Shown here piece by piece: positions 34,541 to 43,943 of a DNA stretch of 64,000 nt. Each line of letters starts with the position of its first letter. Position 1 is the first letter of the stretch. The translations under genes were made by a program, and so were the position numbers. The notes below the pieces were generated by a model. It saw nothing but the letters and a program-made list of their open reading frames with translations. It was not told the origin of the DNA and did not search any database. The DNA comes from Candidatus Levyibacteriota bacterium (GTDB taxonomy: Bacteria; Patescibacteriota; Microgenomatia; Levybacterales; UBA12049), in contig JBDRBE010000001.1 of assembly GCA_043823085.1 (NCBI GenBank), positions 47,267 to 111,266 on the forward strand. The letters run 5' to 3'.

Positions 34541-37500
34541 ATGTCAGATGTTAGAATTTTAAATGTTGAACAAAGCAAAGCGGTTAAACACGAAGTTGGT
34601 CCTCTTTTAATTATCGCCGGAGCAGGATCCGGAAAAACTACTGTTATTACCGAGCGAATAAAACATTTAATTCTTAAAAAGAATATTCTTCCTCAAAATA
34701 TTCTTGCTCTTACTTTTACCGAAAAAGCGGCACGCGAAATGGAAGAACGCGTTGATATTGCCATGCCTTACGGCTACACTCAAATGTGGATTTCTACTTT
34801 CCATGCTTTTTGCGACCGGATTTTGCGAAACGAAGCAATTCATATCGGGCTTAATCCTTCTTATAAATTAACAACAGAGGCCGAATCTGTAATGTTTTTG
34901 CGCCTTAATTTATTTAAATTTGACTTTAATTATTTTCGTCCGCTTGGCAACCCCAATAAATTTTTAGAAGGACTTTTGCAGCATTTTTCAAGACTAAAAG
35001 ACGAAGACATTAACCCTTTGCAATACCTTGAATATGCAAAGGGAATTTTAAATGTCAAATTTCAAATATCAAATAAAAAATTAGACGCTAAACGCTATCC
35101 GCTAGACGCTGACGACGATGAGGTTAAAAAGAACATTGAACTTGCAAATGCCTATAAAACCTACGAAGATTTGAAAGTAAAGGAGGGCATTATGGATTTT
35201 TCCGATCTTATATCCAACACCTTAAAACTTTTTCGGCAAAGAAAAAATATTTTAAAAAATTACCAAGAACAATTCAAATATATTCTGGTTGATGAATTTC
35301 AGGATACCAACTTTGCCCAAAACGAATTAGCAATTTTACTTTCGGGAAGTAAGAAAAACATTACGGTTGTTGGCGACGACGATCAGGCAATTTACCGCTG
35401 GAGAGGAGCGGCAATTTCAAACATTATTCAATTTCGAAAACATTTTCCAGATGCAAAAGTTATAACTCTGATTAAAAATTACCGCTCGACAAAAGAAATC
35501 CTTGATAAGTCTTATGCTCTTATTCAAAATAATAATCCCGATAGATTAGAAGTAAAAGAAAAAGTAAATAAAAAACTTGTTTCAATGAGGAAATTAAAAG
35601 GAGAACAAATTGAATTTCTATTTGCTCCAAGGGTTGAAGACGAAGCAGATCTTGTTGCTAAAAAAATTGAAGAACTCACTACGAGCCACGCGCCATCTGC
35701 AAATTACCACTTTCACGATATTGCCATTCTTGTTCGTGCTAACGACCATTCTCAAGCTTTTACAAGAAGTTTGGAAAGACATAATATCCCTTTCCAATTT
35801 TTAGGCCCCGGTCAGCTTTTTAAAAAAGAAGAAATAAAAGATTTAATTGCCTATTTAAAAGTTCTTTATAATTTCGAAGACTCCGCATCGCTTTATCGCA
35901 TAATGAATATGCCAATTTTCAAATTTGAAGCAATAGAAATTGCCACTCTTTTAAATTATTCAAAAAGAAAAAACCTCGGTCTTTTTAAGACATTAGAAGT
36001 TGCCGCGCAAAAAGATCCGCCAGCTGGCGGAGAAATTTCTTTCAAAGAAAAAACTAAGGAAAAAATAAAACATATTTTTGAAATGATAAACAAACATTTA
36101 AAAAGGGTCCCCAAAGACACTGCTGGTCAAATCCTTTATTATTTTCTACAAGATACCGGTCTTCTCAAAGAAAGCTTGAATATCAAATCACAAAGTGATG
36201 AAAAAAAATATCAAAACATTGCGAGGTTCTTTGAGAAACTAAAAGCTTTTGAAGCAGATCATGAAGATGCTTCTATTTTTGCTGTAGTTGACTGGATTGA
36301 TCTTTCAATGCAAATGGGCGAAAGTCCGCTTGCTCAAAATTCGGACTGGCAGGATATTAATGCCGTTAATATTCTAACAATTCATTCAAGTAAAGGACTT
36401 GAATTTCCAATTGTTTTTTTAGTTAATCTTGTCACGCAAAGATTTCCAACCAGAGACAGAAAAGAACAAATTCCAATCCCGCAAGAGCTAATTAAAGAAA
36501 TTCTGCCGGAGGGAGATTATCACTTAGAAGAAGAGCGCCGTTTATTTTATGTTGGCGCAACCCGTGCAAGAGATTTACTTTTTTTAACAGCGGCAAATTT
36601 TTACGGCGAAGGAAAAAGAGAAAGAAAAATTTCTCCCTTTGTTTATGAAATGCTGGGAGAAAAAACAGTTGAAAATCAAACACTGAAACAATCAAACACT
36701 GAAACAATCAAACAATTATCTCTTCTTGCATGGTCAACACCAAAACAAGAAATTCCAGCTTCCAGCTTCCAGCTTCCAGCTTCGCCACCCCTCACTTATC
36801 TTTCTTACTCGCAGATTCAAACTTTTGATATCTGCCCCCTGCATTACAAACTTAAATATATTCTAAAAATCCCGACTCCGCCTTCTTGTGCCCAAAGCTT
36901 TGGAACAAGTATACACAGCGCTCTTCGCGATCTTTATCAAAATTTAATTGGAGGATTAAAAATTTCCGAAAAAGAGCTTTTAAGGATTTTAGAAAACGAT
37001 TGGATAAACGAAGGCTATCAAAGTAAAGCGCACGAAGAAAAAGCATACGAGGGCGCAAAAAAAATAATTTTAAATTATTTTGAAAATAATTTTAACCCAA
37101 AAAAAATTCCGGCTGCTCTTGAAACTCCTTTTAAATTCAGTTTAAGAAGACAAGAAGTAAATTCACCAAGCTTAATGGTTGGCGGGAGGATTGATAGGAT
37201 TGATGAAATTGATAATAATAAAATTGAAATTATTGATTATAAAACCGGCAATAATGTCCCCGATGAAAAAAAACTGGCGGATGATTGGCAATTAACCTTT
37301 TATGCTTTGGCTGCAACAGAAGTTAGAGATAATTTATTAAATAAGAAACCCGAGAACGTTACTCTTTCTCTTTATTATTTGGAACCGAATATAAAACTTA
37401 CAACTATTAGAACAAGAGAACAATTGGAAGAGGCAAAAAAGAAAATTTTGGAAAAAGCAGATGAAATTGCAAACAGTGAATTTAAATGCAGTCAAAACAA

Positions 37501-37546
37501 TCTTTGCAAAACCTGCGAATACAAAATCCTGTGCAATACAAGCTAA
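34541..37546 (+). CDS. UvrD/PcrA-family DNA helicase fused to a C-terminal RecB/Cas4-like PD-(D/E)XK nuclease with Cys cluster
   Basis: 1001 aa. Walker A IIAGAGSGKTTVITERI, a DEFQDTN Walker B-like motif and UvrD motifs. The C-terminus has IDRIDE...IIDYKTGN (RecB-family nuclease) and C-x(n)-CKTCEYKILC. Confidence 0.85.
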   Translation: MSDVRILNVEQSKAVKHEVGPLLIIAGAGSGKTTVITERIKHLILKKNILPQNILALTFTEKAAREMEERVDIAMPYGYTQMWISTFHAFCDRILRNEAIHIGLNPSYKLTTEAESVMFLRLNLFKFDFNYFRPLGNPNKFLEGLLQHFSRLKDEDINPLQYLEYAKGILNVKFQISNKKLDAKRYPLDADDDEVKKNIELANAYKTYEDLKVKEGIMDFSDLISNTLKLFRQRKNILKNYQEQFKYILVDEFQDTNFAQNELAILLSGSKKNITVVGDDDQAIYRWRGAAISNIIQFRKHFPDAKVITLIKNYRSTKEILDKSYALIQNNNPDRLEVKEKVNKKLVSMRKLKGEQIEFLFAPRVEDEADLVAKKIEELTTSHAPSANYHFHDIAILVRANDHSQAFTRSLERHNIPFQFLGPGQLFKKEEIKDLIAYLKVLYNFEDSASLYRIMNMPIFKFEAIEIATLLNYSKRKNLGLFKTLEVAAQKDPPAGGEISFKEKTKEKIKHIFEMINKHLKRVPKDTAGQILYYFLQDTGLLKESLNIKSQSDEKKYQNIARFFEKLKAFEADHEDASIFAVVDWIDLSMQMGESPLAQNSDWQDINAVNILTIHSSKGLEFPIVFLVNLVTQRFPTRDRKEQIPIPQELIKEILPEGDYHLEEERRLFYVGATRARDLLFLTAANFYGEGKRERKISPFVYEMLGEKTVENQTLKQSNTETIKQLSLLAWSTPKQEIPASSFQLPASPPLTYLSYSQIQTFDICPLHYKLKYILKIPTPPSCAQSFGTSIHSALRDLYQNLIGGLKISEKELLRILENDWINEGYQSKAHEEKAYEGAKKIILNYFENNFNPKKIPAALETPFKFSLRRQEVNSPSLMVGGRIDRIDEIDNNKIEIIDYKTGNNVPDEKKLADDWQLTFYALAATEVRDNLLNKKPENVTLSLYYLEPNIKLTTIRTREQLEEAKKKILEKADEIANSEFKCSQNNLCKTCEYKILCNTS
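35054..35074. repeat. tandem 7-mer (NTCAAAT)x3 inside the helicase gene, encoding VKFQISN
   Basis: gtcaaat ttcaaat atcaaat. Related to the tsaD repeat unit, and it encodes the same KFQISN peptide. Confidence 0.6.
36674..36714. repeat. tandem 16-mer (AATCAAACACTGAAAC)x2.5 inside the helicase gene
   Basis: Exact copies at 36674-36689 and 36690-36705, plus a partial copy. Encodes TLKQSNTETIKQ. Confidence 0.8.
36754..36784. repeat. tandem 7-mer (TCCAGCT)x4 inside the helicase gene
   Basis: Four exact copies at 36754-36781. Encodes PASSFQLPAS. Confidence 0.8.
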
Positions 37547-37552
37547 ATCAAA

Positions 37553-37978
37553 TTATCTAAGCCTATGACAGGTTCTTACTGGAATATCCAATATCTCCCA
37601 TATAGAAGCATTATTTAGATATTCTTCCTCTTCTACCACTCCTGCTTCAGGATCAACAATTTTTCCTTCAACATTTAAAACACAATGCCTCCTATTACCT
37701 ATTTTAACCAATAACAATTTAAGATATCCATTGCAACCGCCATCTGCTTGCGGATCTTTCTTAATAAGAAAATCAATATCCTCGGGAGTTAAACCTTTAT
37801 CTCTTTTAGGTAAACTTGCAGATGGATATCCCAACATCTCCAGACAAGTGTGAACGCAATCGAAGGGACCCTGTTGTATAAGTACAGGAACTCCAAGTTC
37901 TCTATCATTAAAAGGAACATATGGTTGTCCACTTTTGCTGTCAAATATAATTTGCGGGCGTCGTGATTCAGCGCTCAT
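37553..37978 (-). CDS. standalone peptidase C39-like (papain-fold cysteine peptidase) domain protein
   Basis: 141 aa. QQGPFDCVHTCLEMLGYP fits the C39 N-terminal motif (Q...DCG.A.L.MIL.YYG), and RRHCVLNVEGKIVDP fits the His/Asp region (H.VV....I.DP). Confidence 0.4.
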   Translation of the reverse strand: MSAESRRPQIIFDSKSGQPYVPFNDRELGVPVLIQQGPFDCVHTCLEMLGYPSASLPKRDKGLTPEDIDFLIKKDPQADGGCNGYLKLLLVKIGNRRHCVLNVEGKIVDPEAGVVEEEEYLNNASIWEILDIPVRTCHRLR

Positions 37979-38023
37979 AAAAAAGAATTATACTAATTAG
38001 GACACTAAAAAATCAAGACTTAT

Positions 38024-38052
38024 TTTGATTTTCAGGATTTTTTTGCTATAAT
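38024..38052 (+). promoter_or_regulatory. sigma-70 promoter of rnpB
   Basis: TTGATT (38024-38029), 17-nt spacer, TATAAT (38047-38052), then 8 nt to the first base of the P1 helix. Confidence 0.6.
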
Positions 38053-38060
38053 TAACATGT

Positions 38061-38480
38061 CCTAGGAAGAAGGATCGCTACCCGCCAATATTTGCGCCAT
38101 GAGCCGTGTACGAATAGTACTGAAAAGGCGAATGGCAAAAATTAGGCGGGAGGAAAGTCCAGACAGGTGTAAAGCCCGGGACGGAGCGTAAACTCCGATT
38201 AGCAATAACTAGTGTTTTGATGCTTTACCCCGCTCAGCGGGGTGAACCCACATGTGGCATCAAAAACAAATTCTGAATTGACAGAATTTGAGAGCAACAG
38301 AGACGAGTGGGAGTGAAACGAGCAATCCTACCGGCTGCAACCTCCGAATGGTACGTCAAAACTTGCTTTACAGGAGTACCGAAGTTTGAGGGCACCGCGT
38401 CAAACGCGGCAGGGGTGACTAAATATCACAACTGAGATAGATTGCGATTAGAACAGAATCTGGCTTATTCTCTTCCTAGG
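38061..38480 (+). ncRNA. rnpB: RNase P RNA, bacterial type
   Basis: Conserved P4 5' strand GGAGGAAAGUCC at 38149-38160 and the 3' strand ACAGAAUCUGGCUUA at 38452-38466, with compensatory changes (AGUCCAGA / UCUGGCUU). GAGUGAAACGAG and GUAAACUCCG motifs are present. P1 pairs cctaggaaga (38061-70) with tcttcctagg (38471-80). A T-run follows. Confidence 0.85.
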
Positions 38481-39531
38481 ATATTTTTTGTTTTTGAGTC
38501 GCTAGCATTCCTCTCTCGTTTATCTTGTCTAAAAAATATTCAAGGAGAATTTTAATTGTCGCGGTAATTGGAACGGCAAGAATTAATCCCATCCAACCCC
38601 AAATATGTCCTCCGGCCAAAACCGCAAAGAAAACAACCAAGGGATGAAGCTTTGTCACTTTACCCAAAACAAAAGGATTTACAAAGTAATCTTGAAATTG
38701 TCGAGTCAAAAAATAAATTAGACCAACGACAACCGACGCCATAATCGGAGTCAGACCGAAGTTATTAACACCTGTTATAAAAACCACAAGACCTGCAACC
38801 ACTCCGGCTGTAATCGGTCCGATAATGGGGATTATTTCGGCAAATCCGGAAAATATCGCCAAAATCAACGCAAATCTTGCCCCTAAAATGGAAAGGGCAA
38901 TAAAAAGAACTAATGATACGAAGAAAACTAAAAAAAGCTGACCGCGTAAATATCCCGCAAACACGGCATTTATTTTTCGCAAAAGTATTTCAACTTCTAT
39001 TCTGTAATCTTTTGGGATAAAAAGTAAAATTTGATTAACAAAATTTTTCCCTTCTTTAAGAAAATAAAAGCCGGCGAAGAGAAAAATAAAAATACTGATA
39101 ATCCGAGAAATAGCTTGGGGAAAAATCATAAAAAGTGAAACAGGCGAAAAAAGTTTTGATTTTTCAAGAGAGTTAAAAGTATCATTGACTACAGGTCTCG
39201 CCCAATCCGGAAGATTCGTTATTTCCTTTTTTGTGGCCTCTAAAAACGTTGCTATATATGACTTAAATTCTGAAGATTCGCTAATTACTTCTTTAGTTAA
39301 AAAAATACTGAAAATAGAAATCGCCGAAATAATCAATAAATAAATAAAAATTATTGAAATAATTCTTGGAACCTTAATTTTATTTGAAAAAAAATTGACT
39401 ACCGGATTAAAAATATAGGCAAAAATTGCAGCTAAAATAAACGGGGCAAGAATCGCCCTTTCGATATATAAAAACCAAATTATAATAAGACCCAGAGCAA
39501 TAAAAAAAGCGGTTCGAAGTCTAATTGTCAT
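38476..39531 (-). CDS. AI-2E family transporter (PerM/YhhT-like)
   Basis: 351 aa, about 8 TM helices, family-typical N-terminus. The stop codon overlaps the rnpB P1 3' strand (convergent). Confidence 0.8.
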   Translation of the reverse strand: MTIRLRTAFFIALGLIIIWFLYIERAILAPFILAAIFAYIFNPVVNFFSNKIKVPRIISIIFIYLLIISAISIFSIFLTKEVISESSEFKSYIATFLEATKKEITNLPDWARPVVNDTFNSLEKSKLFSPVSLFMIFPQAISRIISIFIFLFAGFYFLKEGKNFVNQILLFIPKDYRIEVEILLRKINAVFAGYLRGQLFLVFFVSLVLFIALSILGARFALILAIFSGFAEIIPIIGPITAGVVAGLVVFITGVNNFGLTPIMASVVVGLIYFLTRQFQDYFVNPFVLGKVTKLHPLVVFFAVLAGGHIWGWMGLILAVPITATIKILLEYFLDKINERGMLATQKQKIS

Positions 39532-39565
39532 ACCGGCTCAATTATACCATTTGTAATTGAAATAA

Positions 39566-39598
39566 CAAAAAAGAAATCTTCCGCAATTTACGGAAAAC
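39566..39598 (-). terminator. candidate terminator downstream of hup
   Basis: Minus strand: TTCCGtaaattgCGGAA followed by gaTTTCTTTTTTgtt. Short stem, T-rich tail. Confidence 0.4.
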
Positions 39599-39621
39599 TT
39601 CTTTTAGATTTCAAGCAAGAA

Positions 39622-39894
39622 TCATCTTACCGCTTTTTTAAGAGTTTTACCCGGTGTAAAACCAGGAGCCTTTCTGGCTTGAATTGTTATCTTTTCGCCA
39701 GTCTTTGGATTTCGTCCAGGTCTTGCTGCTCTCTTTCGAACAGAAAATGTTCCAAAACCGGTAATTACTACTTTTTCTCCTCTTTTAAGAGAATCTCTTA
39801 TTGCATTTAGAAATGTATAGACTGATTCTCTTGCGGCTTTGTTGGTAAGATTTGCTTTTTTAGCAACGAGTTCAATTAAATCTTTCTTTGTCAA
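39622..39894 (-). CDS. hup: DNA-binding protein HU
   Basis: 90 aa. GFGTFSVRKRAARPGRNPKTGEKITI arm motif. Confidence 0.9.
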   Translation of the reverse strand: MTKKDLIELVAKKANLTNKAARESVYTFLNAIRDSLKRGEKVVITGFGTFSVRKRAARPGRNPKTGEKITIQARKAPGFTPGKTLKKAVR

Positions 39895-40045
39895 TTTCTT
39901 TCACCCCCATCTGGACAGAATATTAATTTTGATTAAAAAAACAATACAATGAAAACAGAAGATTGTCAAGCCCTAAAGTGATCGGAACGAAGACCCTGAG
40001 CGAGTGAAACGAGTCGAATGGGTCAAGATAACAAAATCTATCAAC

Positions 40046-41305
40046 TTACGAGGGCTGCAGGGATTCGGTTCTAAATTCACGAATTGCAGTAACTTTTACG
40101 TCGCCCGGAACTGCCAAGGCTTTGCTTACTTCTTCTCTAATTTTTTGCGCAACCAAAATAGTTTGCGAATCATCAAGTTTTCCCGGATTTATAATCACTC
40201 TTAATTCTCTTCCTGCTTCAAAAGCATACGCGTCGTCAACGCCTTCATATTTTTTGGCAATTTCTTCCATCTGGCTTAATCTTTTAACATATTCTTCGTA
40301 ATCTTCAAATCTTGCTCCGGGTCTTGCTCCCGAAATTGCATCGCCAATATAAACAATAACCGATTCTATCGAAGAAAAAGGCTTATCTTCATGATGCTCT
40401 GCCACACAATCAATTACGGCTTGAGGAATATTAAAACGCTTAAGAAAGTCAACCCCAAGCTTAATATGATTTCCCTCGCCTTCTAAAACTTTTCCAATAT
40501 CATGGAATAAACATCCAAGTCTAATAATATTGGCATCTGCTCCAAGCTCAAGCGCGATATGAACGCTAATTTTTGTTTCTTCAAGAGTATGTGCTATTAA
40601 ATTTTGTCCGTACGATGTTCTAAATTTAAATTTTCCAAGAACGGATAAAAGTTCAACCGGAAGGTTGTAAACGCCTGCGGCATGCGCCAATTTTTCTCCC
40701 TCTTCAAGCATTATTTTTTCCACTTCTTCTTTGGTTTGCTTAACAATTTCCTCAATTCTAAACGGCTGAATCCTTGTGTCTTTAAGAAGTTTTTCAAGAG
40801 CACGTCTTGCAACTTCTCTTCTTACCTGATCAAAAGAAGAAAGCCTAATAATTCCTTCTTCATCCAAATCTACATCAACGCCGGTTGCTTGTTCAAATGC
40901 CCTAATATTTCTTCCCTCTTTGCCAATAATTCTTCCTTTCATCTCTTCATCGGGTATTTTAACTGCGGAAACCGTATATTCGGCAATATAATTAAGAACT
41001 CCATGACGCATACTGTCTACCACAATTTCCCGCGCTTTTTTATCGGCTGTTTTTTTGGCTTCGTCTTCTTTTTCCTTGATGATTTTAGCAATTAATTGGC
41101 TTTCTTTTTTTTCAACTTCTTCCAAAAGCGAGCGTTTTGCTTCTTCTTTTGTAAGGCCAGAGGCTTTTTCAAGTTTTTGTTCGTAGTTATCGATTTTTTC
41201 TTCGAGTGAACTTTTTTCTTTTTCAAGCTCTTCTTTTTCTTTTTCTAATTTTTCCTCTTTTTCCAGAAGTTTTTTTTCTAATTGAATTAAATCCTGATTT
41301 GACAT
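40046..41305 (-). CDS. rny: ribonuclease Y (KH + HD domains; no N-terminal TM)
   Basis: Coiled-coil N-terminus, KH motif IGKEGRNIR, HD motif LFHDIGK. 419 aa. Confidence 0.85.
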   Translation of the reverse strand: MSNQDLIQLEKKLLEKEEKLEKEKEELEKEKSSLEEKIDNYEQKLEKASGLTKEEAKRSLLEEVEKKESQLIAKIIKEKEDEAKKTADKKAREIVVDSMRHGVLNYIAEYTVSAVKIPDEEMKGRIIGKEGRNIRAFEQATGVDVDLDEEGIIRLSSFDQVRREVARRALEKLLKDTRIQPFRIEEIVKQTKEEVEKIMLEEGEKLAHAAGVYNLPVELLSVLGKFKFRTSYGQNLIAHTLEETKISVHIALELGADANIIRLGCLFHDIGKVLEGEGNHIKLGVDFLKRFNIPQAVIDCVAEHHEDKPFSSIESVIVYIGDAISGARPGARFEDYEEYVKRLSQMEEIAKKYEGVDDAYAFEAGRELRVIINPGKLDDSQTILVAQKIREEVSKALAVPGDVKVTAIREFRTESLQPS

Positions 41306-41435
41306 ATTTTTATTTTTTGGAAAACAACAAAAAGAAGCGGCAATTTTGCCTTAAAATGTTTAGATTAAAAAGTAGATTTTAGCCATTTTTGACAATCTCA
41401 TAAACACTTGACTATCTTTTTTGTCTTCAAAACTA

Positions 41436-41942
41436 TTATACTCCATTTTCCAACACCTCGTCAATGCTTTGTTTAATCGTCTCCCAATTAAATCCTTTGC
41501 TTGCCAAAAACCGCCCCAGTTTCTGATAAATCTCAAGTTTTGGCAGAGTTTGATATTTTTTAATCTTTTTTCTTATTAGCTTTTTCGCCATTTCTGTTTC
41601 ATTGAAAATTGAAAATTGAAAATTGAAAATTTCATCAATGATATCGTCCGCAATTCCCTTTCCCTTCAGTTCAATTTTTATCAGCCGCATCGACCGCGGT
41701 TTAAAATTTGTTCTACTCTCAATCCACCACCTGGTAAACTCCGCATCATCAAGAAATTTATGTTCTTTAAGCTTACTAATTATTTTTTCGATTATTTCTT
41801 CCGGAGCCTTTTTGCTTTTCAACTTTTCTCTTATTTCTTGCTCTGACCGAGGACGGTAGGAAAGAAACTTAAGGGCACTATTATATTCGCGTTCGAATAA
41901 ATGCGAACGCTTATTAATGTTTCGCATTATAATATTTCTCAA
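41436..41942 (-). CDS. recX: recombination regulator RecX
   Basis: 168 aa. Three-repeat helical RecX pattern (LSYRPRSEQEIREKL ... FLDDAEF). Contains the in-frame tandem 7-mer repeat 41602-41630. Confidence 0.8.
   Translation of the reverse strand: MRNIIMRNINKRSHLFEREYNSALKFLSYRPRSEQEIREKLKSKKAPEEIIEKIISKLKEHKFLDDAEFTRWWIESRTNFKPRSMRLIKIELKGKGIADDIIDEIFNFQFSIFNETEMAKKLIRKKIKKYQTLPKLEIYQKLGRFLASKGFNWETIKQSIDEVLENGV
41602..41630. repeat. tandem heptanucleotide (TTGAAAA)x4 in-frame inside recX
   Basis: Four exact copies. Encodes NFQFSIFN on the minus strand. Confidence 0.8.
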
Positions 41943-41992
41943 AAGGATCCATATTATACAAAAATGTCAAAGACCCTGAGCTTGCCGAAATG

Positions 41993-42063
41993 TCGGGGTG
42001 CTGGGAATTGAACCCAGGCCTTACGCACCCCATGCGCAAATACTTCCGTTATACTACACCCCG
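41993..42063 (-). tRNA. tRNA-Pro (anticodon GGG)
   Basis: The minus-strand 71-nt sequence folds as a cloverleaf. Acceptor stem CGGGGUG/CACCCCG with the bacterial tRNA-Pro C1:G72 pair. D-loop GG. Anticodon stem UGCGC/GCGUA with loop A-U-GGG-G-U. T arm CUGGG-UUCAAUU-CCCAG. Discriminator A. No encoded CCA. Confidence 0.75.
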
Positions 42064-42110
42064 TTTTGACCTCTTGTATTTTAGCATAAAAGTAATAAAA
42101 TGGGGATGAT

Positions 42111-43187
42111 ATGGGCAGGACACCAAACGCACAAAAAACTCAAAGCCCCAATGGCCCGGCAGAATCATCTCAAAAACTAGAAGCAGTACGCATTGCCATG
42201 GATCAGATTGAAAAACAATATGGCCGCGGTTCAATTATGCGATTTGGACAGGCTGGAGAAAAATTTGACGTTTCGGTCATCTCCACAGGTTGTCTTCCCT
42301 TGGATTTGGCGCTTGGTGTTGGCGGAGTGCCAAGGGGAAGAATCATTGAGATTTTTGGTCCCGAGGCTTCCGGAAAAACTACAATTTGTTTATCAATTAT
42401 TGCCCAAGCCCAAAAGCATGGAGGAGTGGCGGCATTCATTGACGCCGAACATGCACTTGATCCATTATGGGCAGGGACAATCGGCGTCAAACTCGATGAT
42501 CTTTTAATTTCCCAGCCCGATACCGGCGAGCAGGCTTTGGAAATTGCCGAAAGCCTTATTCGTAGCGGCGGAATTGATGTTTTGGTTATTGATTCGGTTG
42601 CGGCTCTTGTGCCGCGCGCCGAAATCGAGGGAGAAATGGGAGACTCAATGATGGGACTTCAAGCGCGTCTTATGTCACAAGCCCTTCGAAAATTAACCGG
42701 AGTAATTTCTAAATCCAAAACAGTCTGTATTTTTACCAATCAATTACGTCAGAAAATCGGCGTAATGTTTGGTAATCCCGAAACAACAACAGGTGGTTTG
42801 GCGCTTAAATTTTATTCGTCAGTGAGAATGGATGTTCGAAAAATAGAAACTCTTAAAGACGGCGACAGGGTTGTTGGTTCGCGCCACAGAGTAAAAATTG
42901 TTAAAAATAAAGTTTCTTCCCCTTTTAGAATTGCCGAGTTTGATGTGACGGGCGAAAGCGGAATTTCGCGCGAAGGCGGAATTTTGGATGTTGGAGTTGA
43001 AATGGAAATTATTCAAAAGAGCGGCGCATTTTTGCGATTTGGAGACTTGATGCTTGGTCAGGGGAAAGAAGCGGCAAAAATGCTTCTTAAAGAAAAAAGT
43101 GATATTGCCAAAAAGATTGTTGACGAAATTTTGAAAAAAAGCAAAACCTCCGGTTCTCCTGTTGTTGTCGGCGCAGAAGAAAAATAA
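42111..43187 (+). CDS. recA: recombinase RecA
   Basis: [12 protein letters not shown], Walker [10 protein letters not shown] and the complete RecA core. 358 aa. Confidence 0.95.
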   Translation: MGRTPNAQKTQSPNGPAESSQKLEAVRIAMDQIEKQYGRGSIMRFGQAGEKFDVSVISTGCLPLDLALGVGGVPRGRIIEIFGPEASGKTTICLSIIAQAQKHGGVAAFIDAEHALDPLWAGTIGVKLDDLLISQPDTGEQALEIAESLIRSGGIDVLVIDSVAALVPRAEIEGEMGDSMMGLQARLMSQALRKLTGVISKSKTVCIFTNQLRQKIGVMFGNPETTTGGLALKFYSSVRMDVRKIETLKDGDRVVGSRHRVKIVKNKVSSPFRIAEFDVTGESGISREGGILDVGVEMEIIQKSGAFLRFGDLMLGQGKEAAKMLLKEKSDIAKKIVDEILKKSKTSGSPVVVGAEEK

Positions 43188-43244
43188 ACCACCCTAAATT
43201 TTAGTCGGCATCATGGTCAAAAAGCTAAAGGTCTAAATTTTTAA

Positions 43245-43727
43245 ATGATGAACATTCAAATTCAGCTGATAAATAAAACTGACGAAAGTTGGATAATTAA
43301 TCTCCTTAAAAATCATTGGTTTTCAACAAAAATTGTTAGTCGGGGAAAAATTTATAATGCGAGTAAATTACTGGGTTTTATTGCTTGGCAAAATAATAAA
43401 CCAGTTGCACTTATAACTTATCACATAGAGAATAATGAATGCGAAATTGTTACACTTGATAGTTTAGTTGAGAGGAAAGGAATCGCATCCAACCTGGTCA
43501 AAAGAGTTAGAAAAGAAGCAGTAAACAAAAAATGTAAAAGATTTTGGGCAATAACGACCAATGATAACAAAAAAGCAGTTAAATTTTACCAAAATCAAGG
43601 ATTTAAAATAAAAGCTATTCACAAAAATGCCATGGAAGTTTCCAGAAAGCTAAAACCATCAATCCCACTAATTGGCATTGATGGAATTCCAATTAAAGAT
43701 GAGATAGAGCTTGAAATTAATTTATAA
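43245..43727 (+). CDS. GNAT family N-acetyltransferase
   Basis: 160 aa. ERKGIASNLVKRV (motif A) ... FYQNQGF. Confidence 0.7.
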   Translation: MMNIQIQLINKTDESWIINLLKNHWFSTKIVSRGKIYNASKLLGFIAWQNNKPVALITYHIENNECEIVTLDSLVERKGIASNLVKRVRKEAVNKKCKRFWAITTNDNKKAVKFYQNQGFKIKAIHKNAMEVSRKLKPSIPLIGIDGIPIKDEIELEINL

Positions 43728-43768
43728 AGTTTCTCTTACTAATTCGTAATTAGCATCTTAAAAAGATT

Positions 43769-43812
43769 TAGCTTCGCAAGGCGACGCCTTGCGAAGCTAG
43801 CTAAGTATCTAT
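43769..43812 (+). terminator. terminator-like perfect 31-nt palindrome after the GNAT gene
   Basis: tagcttcgcaaggcg-a-cgccttgcgaagcta (43769-43799), 15-bp arms. A T-rich tract (tatattttt) begins about 12 nt later. Confidence 0.5.
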
Positions 43813-43943
43813 ATTTTTCATAATTTTTAAAGTAGCAAAATTATACGCTCATCCTTGAAGATTGGCAATGGAGTTAATAAAATTCTTTTTGTGTCTGCGG
43901 GAATTGGAAAAAAGGTGCCAAAAGTGATAATATTCTAGAACTT

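Noticed and set aside
30271-36784. Tandem repeats considered as a CRISPR array
   Set aside because: The units are only 7-16 nt, they are contiguous with no spacers, and they lie inside ORFs. There are no cas genes. They are microsatellite-type repeats, not CRISPR.
42049-42234. 61-aa minus-strand ORF overlapping tRNA-Pro and the recA start
   Set aside because: It overlaps a confidently folded tRNA and the recA N-terminus. It is most likely a chance ORF.
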